A stretch of 63,795 bases of DNA, the filler included, from Octopus bimaculoides (taxonomy: Eukaryota), in NCBI RefSeq assembly GCF_001194135.2. It is 6 parts of 6 records of this genome, joined end to end, with 100 filler letters (N's around TTAATTAATTAA, not from the genome) between each part and the next. Parts side by side here need not be neighbours in the genome. Positions count along the whole stretch, not along the records: positions 1 to 28,502 come from NC_068992.1; 5 more parts are not named here. One strand, written 5' to 3'. Every line of letters starts with the position of its first letter. Within the stretch, counting starts at the first letter, position 1. Below the pieces are notes generated by a model. It ran no database searches, was not told where the DNA came from, and saw only the letters and a list, made by a program, of their open reading frames with translations. This document shows positions 12,601-26,445 of this stretch, piece by piece. The position numbers and the translations under genes are program-made.

Positions 12601-14651
12601 TTTTTCTAAATCCTCATTCTGTCTCACCGATTCGATTTGAACAGGCTAGAGCCAGTTTATTTCTCGTACTGGAGTACTGGAGTTTATAACTGCATGATAC
12701 GCCTTTCCCCACTTCATAGATATTCACGATTGATATGCGGCAGATTAGTGTTATGTACTGAAATTTATCAACTCTTTACACACTTCTTGTTAATTTATTA
12801 ATTGATGAATTTGTAAGTGAAGTGAGCGTCAACAACATATTAGATAAATGTCATCGCTACAAGTAATACACAACATAGGAGTTACAATAACATCGGTAAT
12901 ATTGTAGGTTGTAGAATTATTATTAAATCGCTAGTGGAATATCATTAATATAGTAGCTTATGCAATCACTAAATCAGATATATATCACTAATATCTTAGG
13001 AGAATCATTATATAGCTAGACCAACAACATTACGGCATCAAATAAAGTTTCCGTGTTGCAGAGAGATTTTATTATATTTGTGAATTGTAGGAGCAATCGA
13101 GCGCTAGATTGTTATAAGTTAACAGTTATAGAAATTTTATCGCAATTCAAATCACCATTTATATTAATAATTCTCTAGCCTACTTCAAGATTGTTTCATA
13201 ACATTTGTCGTAGAAGAAGCGTTGCGCAGTATTCACGAAGATGAATGTGCTTTATCACTTTTATATATTTTTATGAAACTAAATCCATTATTCCAATCTT
13301 CCAATGGATAATACAATGTTTAGACCTGTAGGAATTCACCATACTTATAATACAGATGTCTTCAACAGTAGAAGTACAGGTAAAGTTTGCTTACGGGCAT
13401 TTGTTCTCGAATTTTCTTATACCACTACCATATACATAAAAAAGTATCACTAATAATGTTTTGTATCATAAATATTAAATACGAAGTATGGAAATGTATT
13501 TCGAAATTGGAACAAATACTTTTCTATTTCATTACAAATTCAAATGCTTATATTTAGTTATTTGAAAAGACAAATAGAAGTTTTAATATTTCAAAATATT
13601 TAAAAGTTGAGTTTTGAAAATTGTTTCCGGTTCATATAATACGTAAAACAATTTAAAACTGAATGCAACTAATTCCAGAGGCAAAGCAAAAGTAAAATGT
13701 ATTATAATGATATGTTTATGATACAAAAGAAACCAAAAACATAAACACACTAAATAAAAAGATAATTCTGTATAAACTTATTATAATTTTATATGTTATT
13801 GTTGATAAAAATCAAATATATGCCATAAACAAACGGTGAAATGTAAACGCATGCGTTTTTGTGTGTGTATATATGTATATCATGAATACAAACCTACGCA
13901 AGCACTCTTACATACTGATATACACACACTCGCACAGGCGCCCGTGCACATATATATAGTGAACAATTTATGTTTCAAACAAATCCAAACAGAGTAAGAG
14001 AACATTATTGCATACATTATTAGAATCAAATCGATATTATTGCCTAGTTTTCAACAGAAAGTAAATCTATTAAGTTTTTGGTGAGAATTTTCAAAATATC
14101 GTAGTTATAACTCACACTAATTTACAAATGTACCTCTTTATTATCTTTCTATTGTGTTTTATTCTTATAAAAATTACAACTCTTCCTTTATAATTTTCCA
14201 CCGCTCCAACTGATTTTACACTTTAAAAAACAGTGTGCTATCTTACACATGTCCGTTGAAACATTAGGAAAAGTGCCTTGCTTTAGAGAGAGATCATTTT
14301 TCTAACATCCTATTTGTAGTGTATTTAATTGTCAAAATAAACTTCATACTTTGCGATTCGCAAGTGTACAAATTCATTGAAATAATTGAAAAAAATCGAA
14401 TTTAATACGATTCTTTTGAAAATAATATCATATATATTGATTATTTTTCATTATTTTTGTAGCAATTCTAATATTGTGATGAACAAAGACTAACAAAAAT
14501 CTGATATTATTACGAACATGTTATGTGAAACAATACCGTGATTTGATTTTCTTGTAATCTCTATGTAGTTGATGCTAAATATGGAGGCATAAGGTTCATT
14601 CAAAAACAAAGATGCATGTGCAGAAATAAAGCAAACAATGCATAATAACAG

Positions 14652-15618
14652 TATTATTAGCTCCGCATTAGCGAAGAAGGAGGTATTGTTTTTCGTCCTG
14701 TTTGTTTGTCAGTGGACAAGATATCTCAAGAACCGCAGAACAGATTCGGATGAAGCTTTCAGGAACGTTTGGCCTAGTAATGGGCACGAACTGATGAGAG
14801 TTTAGGATCGATTCGCTACCGGATAAGGTTTCCGGATTATTTGGTACAATTACTTTACTTTACATGAAGTATTACGATCTTAAGTTCACTTTCAAGTCTT
14901 TCTCTGATTATTTCCCTTGAAAACACATTCATGGTTTCCATGTAAATTATGGCGGCGTTGCTGTTTCTAACTGTTCTTCTATTTGTTATTCTAATTGCGT
15001 CTCTATCTTAGTAGGAACTGATGAATAAAGAAATCAAACTACATAAGTACACGGTAGCAAAACCGTTCATAAATTAAATAACGCTAACCTATTCAGTAAC
15101 AATAGTAAATTTAATTGATCCTCGACAATTTTTAGTTCTACCAATTTTGAATATATCGATCCTGTTTAAACCTCTTACATGTTTGACAATTTCAGTTCTA
15201 GCCCTGCCATGAAGGAAGCTTTACTTATTGGATTCACGTTTCTGTGTGCAACGATGTGAAACTTCTGTCAACAGCACCGTATGCAGCTTCTTGCGGCTTT
15301 CTTTCATGCCCGGATACATTTCTCACAATGTACTTCAATTGTCGTAAAGACACTAAGAAAATGGCCTTCATAGGGGAAACTGTCCCTCTTCCTACAGCAG
15401 ACGACACGCACAAAGCATTACAAACACGGCCCGCACACCCACCTTCACATTCCAGGATTACCATTGGGAACACCGGGGTTTATTTTTAGTGTTTTCGTTT
15501 GTGAGAGCAGTCGAGTTCTTTTCAGATATTCCCCTCTTAGAAATCATCTCCGGCTACTAGTTGAGAGGACGTTGGTTTTGCCTTGGCGGAGACTTGCGCT
15601 CTCTCGGTGCTCTTGTTA
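14652..15618 (+). mobile_element. Non-autonomous DNA element of DINE-1/Helentron-associated or Crypton-like type
   Basis: 5' end ttagctccgc...aaggaggtattgtttt...tgtttgtttgtc...gatatctcaagaacc...gatgaagctttcagg and 3' end gccttggcggagacttgcgctctctcggtgctcttgtt; subterminal IR ctccgc/gcggag. Matches a widespread element pattern from memory; superfamily uncertain. Confidence 0.55.
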
Positions 15619-17281
15619 CATCTGCGGTTATCATTAGGAAATCATTAGACAATTGCTCACTAGTTACGACAGAGACTCTCTCACATCGCAATATATTTAA
15701 TCTAATTTCAGGAACTATTAATTCATAATATTATATTGTGCGTTTTTTCAAAATCAGACCGGTTCCGTTTCTGTGGCGTAATCAATAGAGCGTTGGGGGG
15801 GGGGGGGATTTGGCGTTATTTTCTTTCGGCATTTTTAGTTATAAATTCAAACCAACTTTGTGTCAATTATAACTTTCGTTATTTCTGAGACGATAAAATT
15901 AATAGCTTCTTAAATATGCGACATTGATTTTATCAAATTACCACGGCAATCATGAAATTCTCTTGCTTTATACATATATTAGAACGAATTCTTATACAGA
16001 TCAAGGTAATTGGTTACTTGAATCTACTTGCAGTGTATTCAATTTTTCTCTGATCTAAACAATTTAAATTTAATTTTACCTTTTTCTACCTCGAAGCTCG
16101 AAATTGAGAACGTAGTAGAGAAAAGCAAAACACTTAATAGACCTTTGAGCACACATGCGTATACATCCGCCGCTGCGACTACTACCTTAAAACAGAGCCA
16201 ATAAGCTAAGTCGTTCGCGTTTGTAAATGTAAAGTTGGTATATTTGCCAACGCCGGTCGCCAGATAGTAGATTACATCTTTCTATCGCCAAAGCCTATTT
16301 AATAAGATTACCGGTCCAAATGTTATGCTGAATAAATAATGCATCAAGGCAAGGAAACGCAGAAATGCAACACATTTGGCACACTGCAAAATAGAGATCT
16401 GACTCAGACCGATATAAGGAACAAAACATAACACCAGAAGAAAATATCGCGTCACATATGGTCTCTACAGAGGATGAGACCAGAAAGAATACTTTCTAAA
16501 AGCGGGCCATCAAACCAGTCTGTCTTAGTCGCAAGGCAGCAACAAAACCGATAGTCGAGTTGCCACCAGAAACTTTTGCTGAGTGATTGAGTCTATCTTC
16601 ATCAAACTAATATGTTGTACGTCTAGAGATACCAGAAACAGTATTCGTCCGGCCGAGGCTTTGCGCAATTAATACCAATGGATCACCTAGTCAAGGAATA
16701 CATCGCAGATGTAATCAATTTGCCAAAGAACACAGAGCTATATATGACTATTGTGGAGAGATGGCAACATTGTTGCATGTGTCATAACACAAGCCCGCTA
16801 GATAACAATATTGGCGAAAGACTATCGCTTCTGTCGAGACCAGCACCACATCAGAAATGACGCGAACAGCCGAAAGTATACCAGTACCAAGAGCAGCGTG
16901 TAGCAAATCTTAAACAGCAACATATAATATAGCAAACTGAAACTACCAGCAATGAATACAGCAGTAAGAAAACCGGAAGTAGCAACTACAGCAACATCAG
17001 TGCACACATATATAAAGCATATTTTACGCACACAAAAGTGGGCATGCATATGGTTTATGACAACTAAATGTTTTCCTTTCCGTTCTAATATTCATATTGG
17101 TTGTATTGTTGTTATTTTTTGGACTAATATGGGGTACTGTACAAGGGTATTAGCCTGAAGTTTGATTTTACATCTATTAATAGAGGCTATAACAAATACT
17201 AAATTTGGTGTAGCGGAGTAAAACAATGTGACTGATGATTTGTTAAAGACAGAGCGGTATCTATAATGATGCAGAAAGTTA

Positions 17282-17878
17282 AACAACGGCACACCAGGCT
17301 AAAGAACGTCTTCACCTTCGTAAGGCGTTGTTATCTGTTTGGTAGGATGTGATGTGTTTAGTCCGCATTGAACTTTTAAACACAAAACAAATGATAACAA
17401 AGGAGATATACTGCGGAAAGCTTGAGCGCCTTAAGTCAGCGCGAGAAGAAAAAACGAAACGACCATCTTTGGTTTAAAGATGAAAGGTGTTCTTCCATGA
17501 GGATAATGCTCTACCATATACAACGATGATGACATTTGAAAGGTTGGAGAAGTTTGAATGGGAAACGGTGCCACACCCGCGATATTTGCCAGACATTGCC
17601 CAATTTGATTATCATTTATTCAGCAGTCTTCAAAATAACTTGGACAGAAAAATTATGAATTCTCTAGACCAGGTCGGAACAGTACAGGAGGAATATTTTT
17701 CGTTACGGACAAATGAATCTTGCAAGAAGTTCCTTGCAAGTTTGCCAGATGTCTGGAAGAGTACGGTAGAAAATGAAAGAGAGAGTATTTTGGATTAAAA
17801 AACAACTTTGCTGATCTTAATGTTGAAATCTAAAAGATGTGTAATAACCCGCATTATTTACGGGATGACACACTGTAT
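17282..17878 (+). mobile_element. 5'-truncated mariner remnant, same family as 3445-4673
   Basis: ORF 17487-17798 FHEDNALPYT...EWETVPHPRYLPDIAQFDYHLFSSLQNNL (YSPDLAPSDYHLF-like motif); nucleotide match to the 3.5-4.0 kb copy (ccaggctaaagaa.gtcttcaccttc); TIR-like end cgcattatttacgggatgacacactgta plus TA. Confidence 0.85.
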
Positions 17879-19189
17879 NNNNNNNNNNNNNNNNNNNNNN
17901 NNNNNNNNNNNNNNNNNNNNNNNNNNNNNNNNNNNNNNNNNNNNNNNNNNNNNNNNNNNNNNNNNNNNNNNNNNNNNNNNNNNNNNNNNNNNNNNNNNNN
18001 NNNNNNNNNNNNNNNNNNNNNNNNNNNNNNNNNNNNNNNNNNNNNNNNNNNNNNNNNNNNNNNNNNNNNNNNNNNNNNNNNNNNNNNNNNNNNNNNNNNN
18101 NNNNNNNNNNNNNNNNNNNNNNNNNNNNNNNNNNNNNNNNNNNNNNNNNNNNNNNNNNNNNNNNNNNNNNNNNNNNNNNNNNNTATATATATATATATAT
18201 ATATATATTCAATATAATTGTGTCAGCAACGTAGAGATGACTCCGTGGTTATCCCGATGTTAAATTACCTGAATATGCCATAGACATACGTGATGTCGCC
18301 GTTTTTGTGACTTATAAACATCACATACTAGAACCGAAGTAGAGGCAAACTGGATTCCCTTTCTATGACTATATTCAAGTACGTAAAACCATTTTCTTGC
18401 ATGCCACAACTATGCGACATGAGAATAAATTGTAACATGAATTAGAGACTGCAGTAATGTTCTATTGTATATAAAATATTTAAAATTACATGAATGCGCA
18501 GGCGTAGTCTCACAGCCACTCATACACACGCACAATGGAACCAAACTTTTAAGATATATTTCTTTCATTTAAATTTTATCACCGATAAGGTTTTATTTGA
18601 AGTACGACCTGGATTACTTGATAGAGTGAGTAGTCATGAAGACGATTCTGTGAAAAGTGACAAATATTGACACCTATGCACTAGACAACAGCGTAAATAT
18701 AAACAGTTAAAAGGATTTATGGAGCATTTCATCTAATTTCCTTAGGGAAATTGAAAGAAATTTTATATCTGCATATAAATAAAGAACCGTTACCTACATT
18801 TCAAATGTTCTCTCATATATATATATATGTATATGTATGTATACATATGCGTATATATAAGAATGTAGATATAGATATATGTATATACATATATATATAT
18901 ATNNNNNNNNNNNNNNNNNNNNNNNNNNNNNNNNNNNNNNNNNNNNNNNNNNNNNNNNNNNNNNNNNNNNNNNNNNNNNNNNNNNNNNNNNNNNNNNNNN
19001 NNNNNNNNNNNNNNNNNNNNNNNNNNNNNNNNNNNNNNNNNNNNNNNNNNNNNNNNNNNNNNNNNNNNNNNNNNNNNNNNNNNNNNNNNNNNNNNNNNNN
19101 NNNNNNNNNNNNNNNNNNNNNNNNNNNNNNNNNNNNNNNNNNNNNNNNNNNNNNNNNNNNNNNNNNNNNNNNNNNNNNNNNNNNNNNNN

Positions 19190-19235
<46 letters not shown>

Positions 19236-22200
19236 CACTCACACATACTTATATATACACATACATAGATAAGTGGGTTTGTATAGCGTGGGATGTTTAT
19301 CCGCTTTGTATATATGGATATACGCATGAAGAAATTTGAGTGTGCACTCTCTCGCATGTGTACAACACTTATGAACCACTAAGGGATATAGTGTACTGAA
19401 AAAGGACCTTTGTAACGTATGAGTCGAAAATATACATTTGAAGTAAATTTAAACTTAAAATGATGCGCGAACATATCTTTAAAATCGACTATACAGTCGT
19501 AAGTATTACCATAATTACAAATTCATTCGTACATATGCCTTCCGATAATAGTAACAGATACTTTCAAATATATGGTCACGGTATATGAGTATCTTCATAT
19601 GTGAATTGTGAAGACTAGTTTGCAGTGGTTTACTTGATTATTGCCTGAATATTTATGCGATCGCAAGTTGTTTTAACTCCCAAACCATACTTGAATTTTC
19701 TAACAATAAAGTTTCAACCGTTTAGAGTGCGTTGAAAGAATTAAACACGGCTGCATGTATCAACGCCTGTATCATTGAAATGCAAATACGTAAGTAGTTA
19801 TCTTTAAGGCTTCTGTGTAAAAGGCACTGTTCCTAACCATATGTTTCCGGATTCAATCATTCAGTCCTTCTGTGTGGAAATTTGGACAGTTGCCCTCTAT
19901 TATGACACAACCGATCAAAACCATGCAAGTTTGTTCAGGCTATTTCAATATAAAAATTGGAAAGGAAGCTGCACAGAAAATTCTGCTCGGTTACATATCG
20001 AACGGCGAATACTCAATGCAATGGAAACCTGTGTAGGTCGTCATAATCATAAAATATGCTGAATGACATAGATTGTAGAATAACAGGAAATATATTTCAG
20101 GATGTACCAAGCTCCATATTCTCTATTGTTAAAATTATTACAAATATACACTCCTGATGACATTGCCATCCAGTGAAGCGAACAGGGATTTACCCATCGG
20201 CGGAATTTATAGGGTGAGTAACAACTCCTAGTAGTCATATACGTAAATTACTAATTGATGCGGTTGGCCGTAACCGTGAACATAACACGACTACCACGGT
20301 ATACGCGGATATTATGAGCCTCTAAACACACACACACTCACACACACTCACACACACACACACACTCACACATACACTCTCTCACACACACACACACACA
20401 CTCTTCTCTCACACACACAAACACACACACACACACAGATACATACATCGAGATACACGTATACGGATTTGATCATTCTGAAATAACATAGTTTTATAAA
20501 TGAAGCGGAAACAGCTGTAATTTATGAGATGTATCATTTGTTTGTATAAAATATTTAAATTGAATTGAATTTATATTTTATGATTTATTGTTTTTTTCCA
20601 TTTCTGATATATATATACATACATACATACATACATACATACATACATACATACCTACATACATACATATATGCATGTAGTTATTTAATATACATGACTT
20701 TTGCAGGAGACACATATGTGGTGTTAATCTATAACACGCTAGTATACTATTCAGCACGACAGATGTCAATGAGGTAGGTCTTTTCTCAAGCCGCAGTTGA
20801 ATCAAAGAATAAACTCAAATAGGCAACACCCTCATATCACTATTAATTTGGCTCCCAGAAGACCCATAGAAACGCTAGTTCGGTTGGACCTAGCCACGCA
20901 ATTACGAACTTGTGCCGTATTTGCACTGTTAATGCAAATGCTATTGAAGTAAACATAACACCAAAGTAAATTACTACAATTTGAAAGTGTAATAATTAAA
21001 ATTATAAGCAGGAGAACTTATTTGCCATACTCTACTTCAAATGTAAGCGCATGCGTTTCAAAGTGTATCTAGTATTACATGATAATGACTTGGCAATGTA
21101 TATAACATTATTACACAGTGAAAGAGTTATCAGTAATTGTATTGAAGGAGAAAAACAATACTCAATGATTGTGATACAACAAGTAGATAATTCTATTCAT
21201 AATAATATAAAAGACACTAATACACACGTCTCCAGAAAATCTATAATAAACTATCTGGTTTTGAAACTGTCTTCTGGATATGTAACACGATTATCGACTG
21301 GACACCAGAACCTGTCACACGTCACACAACAAAAATCATATAACGAATGCTACTGTGATTGAGGGACCGCCTCTTATCAGAAACTCCGAATTTTAACATC
21401 ATTATCGCAATTCTAGTGCAAATGGCGAGGACAGTGTCACAATTATTGCCACCTCAACAACATCAAAGGCACACTCAACCCTTCATGTCTGTATGGAATC
21501 GTCTTTCTTTAGAAAAAAGGACAGAATCAGTCTGAATACAGGGGTGAAAATATTGGTTGGAGTGCATCCGAAAAATGTGAGTAGATTGAGTGCACCCGGT
21601 ATACCACAAGATGTTGTGACAATGTAGGCAGTGATATGAACAATATAACCATTGTAATTACGTCATTGGATGAGAAGTGTTTTGTGTTATTTGCATATGC
21701 AACAGCATAGAATGCATTAGAAGGAGGAAAATCCGCGAAAAATCTAATTTGAAAATGTTAGTATTGAAAACTGCTTGTTCAATAAAAAATGATATCTATA
21801 ACTCTTTCCTCATTTAAAGTGGCACCGTCAAAATACTGCATTGTACTTGTCACTAATCTACATATCACATGCTATGGTGGAAAGACTGTGTTATGGAAAG
21901 GCAGCCCGAAATAGCAATTAACGATCTCCTTGAATCATACGTACATGAAATTTCTTGTTGGAAGGACACTTACTGTTGCGTTTTTCTGCACGCAATATAT
22001 TGCCATAGTATCTCTATTGATTGTAAATGGATAGCTGTCGTACTTAACCAAAACTCTGACAATAGAAAGGCAAGTCACATAGTCCGTCATCATACGAAAT
22101 TGTGAGATTAGCTGTAACTGAAAATTAGAATGTGGTAACGCTTTACTCCTTCACTTCGCTCGACTATTTGAGAAGAATAACAGAAACTTCAGTGCCTAAC

Positions 22201-22339
22201 TCGAGAGGACGCCACAACTTTCGATGGGAGAGGCATAATGTTGTGAAAAGCCGATGACATCTGAACGGAGTCAAATCACCTATGAGTTTTAGTTTTATAT
22301 ACCAGACATGTTGGGATGTCACTTAGCAGATATCTACCA

Positions 22340-23240
22340 CAATAGGCAACAGCATTGGAGAATTCCTAGTTCGCTGAGCTCAAAACCAGTAGCACTGCTA
22401 AGAAAAAATATAAGGAAGGAGGTGCAAAGGGAAAAGTTTCGTCCCAAAACGGTGCTGGACGTAGAGTTCAAAATCATGACCAAGGTATTGGTGCTTGTCA
22501 TCAGAGACATGATTCGTGGTGAATAAATATGCGCAACACCAAGCAAATCCATCTACAGCAACCTTCTCCTTATACGATAAATCATAGACATGTTAGGTAA
22601 GAAGCTTGTATAGATGGGGTCTTGAGCAATCTGGATCAGTATAAATCGTTCGATAGGATCAACCACTAACACTTGGCGGCCGTCCTCACGGTGGTTGGTT
22701 TCGATCTTTTATCTGCCGTTGGTCTACTGCAATGTACAGCAGTATGCGTTTGGTAGTCTGGGTGAAACTTTAATTATCGGAATCAATTAGCATCATTCTC
22801 TCGGACGACCTGTTACATCTCTTCTCTATGTACTAGCTCTAGATCAACAGCTGCGGAAATTGGAGGAGTTGAGATGCCTGCCATGGAAATTAGGACGTCC
22901 AAAACCAAATCGGTGTAAGCGGACAACGTCATCATCATAGTGTTGAACACGAGGCATATAGGACTGATTTGCAAGGTTCTAAAAGAATACGATGTGAGGC
23001 GTCGACAGGAGCAAAACTTAACCCAGAAAGTACATAAACTTATAGCTCGGTACGTAGAGAGTTAGGTTCATACAAGCCAATGATGTATTATGCTAGATGG
23101 CGTATTTGTTAAATTGCTGGGGTTTGGTTTGGTTTGGTCCGGATCTACATATAGAAGAACTGGGAAGAGGCGGCGTGCACGGTAGCCAATGTCAAACAGA
23201 AATAAGCAAAGAGAAAGGTGTCTTTGAAAGGCAGGACAGA
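22340..23240 (+). mobile_element. L1/Tx1-clade non-LTR reverse transcriptase remnant
   Basis: Fragments VALLRKN...KFRPKTVLDVEFKIMTKVL, SLLYVLALDQQLRKLE, SV*ADNVIIIV (YADD-like) and TGAKLNPE correspond to conserved L1-clade RT motifs; many stops and frameshifts. Confidence 0.75.
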
Positions 23241-23445
23241 ATTGACGAATGCATATATAAAATCTATTATGCATTACAACCTGTCTATGCCTTGCTTTAC
23301 TTTACGCTTTGACAAAACTGGAGATTTACTTGCCATACAAAATCGAGTATCATTGTCATTGCAACAGCCTGGCAAGCGGTAAGATGAAAATGTCAATAAC
23401 AATTTGTGAAGATTTCAGAAATATAGGTGATAGGTGCCTACAGAC

Positions 23446-23480
<35 letters not shown>

Positions 23481-23484
<4 letters not shown>

Positions 23485-24189
23485 TACTAAGCGTAAAATC
23501 ATTATTAAAAAATATCAATTTACACCACCATGCGTAAAAAAGTGCAGGGACTGAAAATTATTTTCAAATATAAAAGGTAAGCAACACAGTTGTTTTCTTG
23601 CATGCTGAAAGAAGACGCCAAATCCTCTAACTACCAAAAGTGCGTTCTCATGTAAAGGACCAGTCAATTCCATACTTTGAAGTTTCACCATTAATAATTC
23701 AATAATTATCCGTGGATCTTCACGTGCTTATAGACTTCTACCTATGTATGTTCTGGATTTTGCGCGTTGATTGAAGATATTTGAATTGAACACGATTTAT
23801 AATGGTGGAACTCTATACGTAGGTGTGTCCTTTCACGGAGATTGCATGTATTCTAGTTCAATTATTATTTGTCTCCAGCGGATTCTTCAGAAGATCCAAG
23901 GATAAGTGTATAACTTTTAATGGTGAAACTTCTAAGTATGAATTTGACCGGTCCTTTTATATATTTTCATAGTTTCTTGCTCGAGTATATCCAACGCGTC
24001 GTTAAATGAGCATGATTTTTTCATGTTGAGACGATTTAGCGTCTACTTTCTGCAGGTAAGGAAACGACTTAGTGATTTTCCTCTAATATAATTTGAATAT
24101 AATTTGCAGTCCGTGGCCGTTTTTTTACGCATGCTGGCTTCTGGTATAAATTGTTATATTTTTATAATAATTTTTACCTTTAGTACTTA
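23481..24189. mobile_element. ~705-bp foldback/long-TIR MITE flanked by TA
   Basis: Left arm (taagtactaagcgtaaaatcattatt...catgcgtaaaaaa...ggactgaaaattat...gaagtttcaccatt) aligns to the reverse complement of the right arm ending agtactta; the left arm has an internal deletion. Confidence 0.75.
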
Positions 24190-24254
24190 TATTTTTTTTT
24201 ATTATTTTAGTTCTGGAGTCGGTTAATTCACTGCTGAATTTTAGTCACTGCTGA

Positions 24255-24601
24255 TTTCCTATGGCTTGGCGCGGTGGTTGAAGACATTTTTATTTAATAC
24301 ATGATGCATGAAGGTGGAATTCAACATGAACGTGTGTCCTTTCCGAGCAGATGGCATCTATTCGAGTTCTATTATTGTGTCCCCAGCAGATTCAACTGAA
24401 GCTCGTCGAAAAATTATTTAGTTATTAAAGGTGAAACTTCGACGTGTGGAATTGACTGGTCTTTTATATCTTTTCTTGGTGTCTTGCACAAGTGCATCCA
24501 CCGCGCCGTTAAATGAGAACACATTTTTTGGTGATTAAAAGATTTGCCGTCTACTTTCAGCAAGTAAATTAACCACTAAGTTGCTCTTTTCTTATATTTG
24601 A

Positions 24602-24605
<4 letters not shown>
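24255..24605. mobile_element. Partial second copy of the foldback element (centre plus right arm), cut by (TA)n
   Basis: Colinear with 23750-24095 (ttgaaga.att...gtgtgtcctttc...ggtgaaacttc...cgttaaatgag...cgtctactttc...atttgaatata) and clearly diverged. Confidence 0.7.
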
Positions 24606-24664
<59 letters not shown>

Positions 24665-25879
24665 ATATATATATAATAGACCTGTGTGTATGTGTATTCG
24701 CTTTCTATGTGAAAATGGCTGTGAGAATTGCTTCCATACTTGGGATTCCTGAATAATTTAACCTCGAATACATAATAGGGACATTATTATTATTATTTTT
24801 TATTTCAAATAAATAATAATGTTTTATATATGATTCAAGTTTTTAAAATGGTTTCCCAATGTCGGTATTGACCGTTTTCATTTGCAAAATCTCTCACTCT
24901 CTGTTTTAATGTTTTCATTTCAAGTTTTAATTCACTATTTGCAAACAACTACGAGAAATTACTGGAAATATTTACTATTTTCAAAAATTTAAATATTTGG
25001 TACAAGAATATTTTTTATACGATTGTTTTCATTTCATGTTTATTGCATTCATTGTTTGCAATATTCTATCTCCTCCCTCTGTCTCACATACACACACGCA
25101 CACACACACTCACATACACACACTCACATACACACACAAACGCACGCACACACGCACGCACACATACACACATACACACACACACTCTCTCTCTCTGTCT
25201 CTTTCTCTCTCTCGTTCTCTAATATAAACAGACGCGCACACGCCAGATTTCGTTATCACACAAATATCAGATTAGAATCTTGCAATTCAACATGCGTTTT
25301 TTTTCGCTTGAACCTGAACACTTCATTGATTTCCGTAAACAATTTTTTTATTCATTTACCTTTTGCGCTGTGTTCATCTCTATGTGTTCGTAGCCAGTCA
25401 CACACGCAGACGTGTGTTTTGTATGTTTTTGTATGTACGTTTTTATACATTTGTGTATGTGTGAGAGAGAGTGTGTGTGTGTGAAGATGTTTGTTGTCAT
25501 GTATGCGTACATAAATAAATACATATGCATACATTTTTGTATGCATGTGTTTGTGAGGGAGGGAGAGACCGACGTCTAAGTGGCGCTGTGTCCCCCCTTA
25601 AACACATGCACACGCACACATTCATGCAAAATGGTTATACATATTTAGTTACGTATATATGTACACATGACAACATATTGCTTCTCTCTCACCCACGTCC
25701 CTTTTATCTGATGATTGATATCCGTGTGTGTATGTGTGTGTGTATGTGTGTGTGAGTGTGTGTATGTGTGTGTCTGTGCCTGTGCGTGCGTGGAGCATTC
25801 CACAGTCGCCATTTATTTCAATCACTCTTGTGAAGATATTCTCATTTTTTTCATTTAATCCCAGTATTAATTTTCGAAG

Positions 25880-26310
25880 AGGTTTCCGTGAACAATGTTC
25901 AGACTGTCTACAAGAGGGGGTGGGAATAGATGTAGATGATTAGTATCTACAAAGAAGCAAAGACAAGTAGAGGTAGTCAGATTTCATGCTGAATTCTGGA
26001 ACTCTGTTAACCCTATTAAGTATATTTGCACATATATAAACAAAGTTTTAGATTTTGCAACATACACTGATATGCAGAATGGCAGTCAGCAGATGAATTA
26101 AAATGACGAAGATGCACAGTGTGAGAGAAGAAGATGCATCAGTACAAATGAGGATGTTTGGAGCATCTTCAACTTTCACACTCATGAGAGCCACATAGCT
26201 TAGCTACCATTCATTGATCTTAGTGTCCATCTAGACGATGGCTACTGGGTTATTTTTTACAAAACACACAGCCTTGCAACAAACACTTTCTCCCACAGAA
26301 AATACTGATA
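25880..26310 (+). mobile_element. Helitron Rep/helicase fragment
   Basis: The frame starting 25982 reads FHAEFWNSVNPIKYICTYINKVLD...NDEDAQCERRRCISTNEDVWSIFNFHTHESH...LSVHLDDG, then shifts to FFTKHTALQQTLSP. This matches the Helitron consensus as I recall it (INVEYCNSVKSIKYICKYVNKGSD...DEITQY...RYISSNEAVWRILSFPIHER...LAVHLENGQRVYFT). Confidence 0.8.
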
Positions 26311-26329
26311 ATAGTAGCATTACCAATAA

Positions 26330-26385
26330 TAATAATAGGAGTGATGATAACAACAACAACAACAACAACAACAACAGCAACAACG

Positions 26386-26436
<51 letters not shown>

Positions 26437-26445
26437 GTACCAGCA
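26330..26445. repeat. (AAT)/(AAC) microsatellite giving the poly-Asn stretch of ORF 26238-26732
   Basis: Directly visible. Confidence 0.9.
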
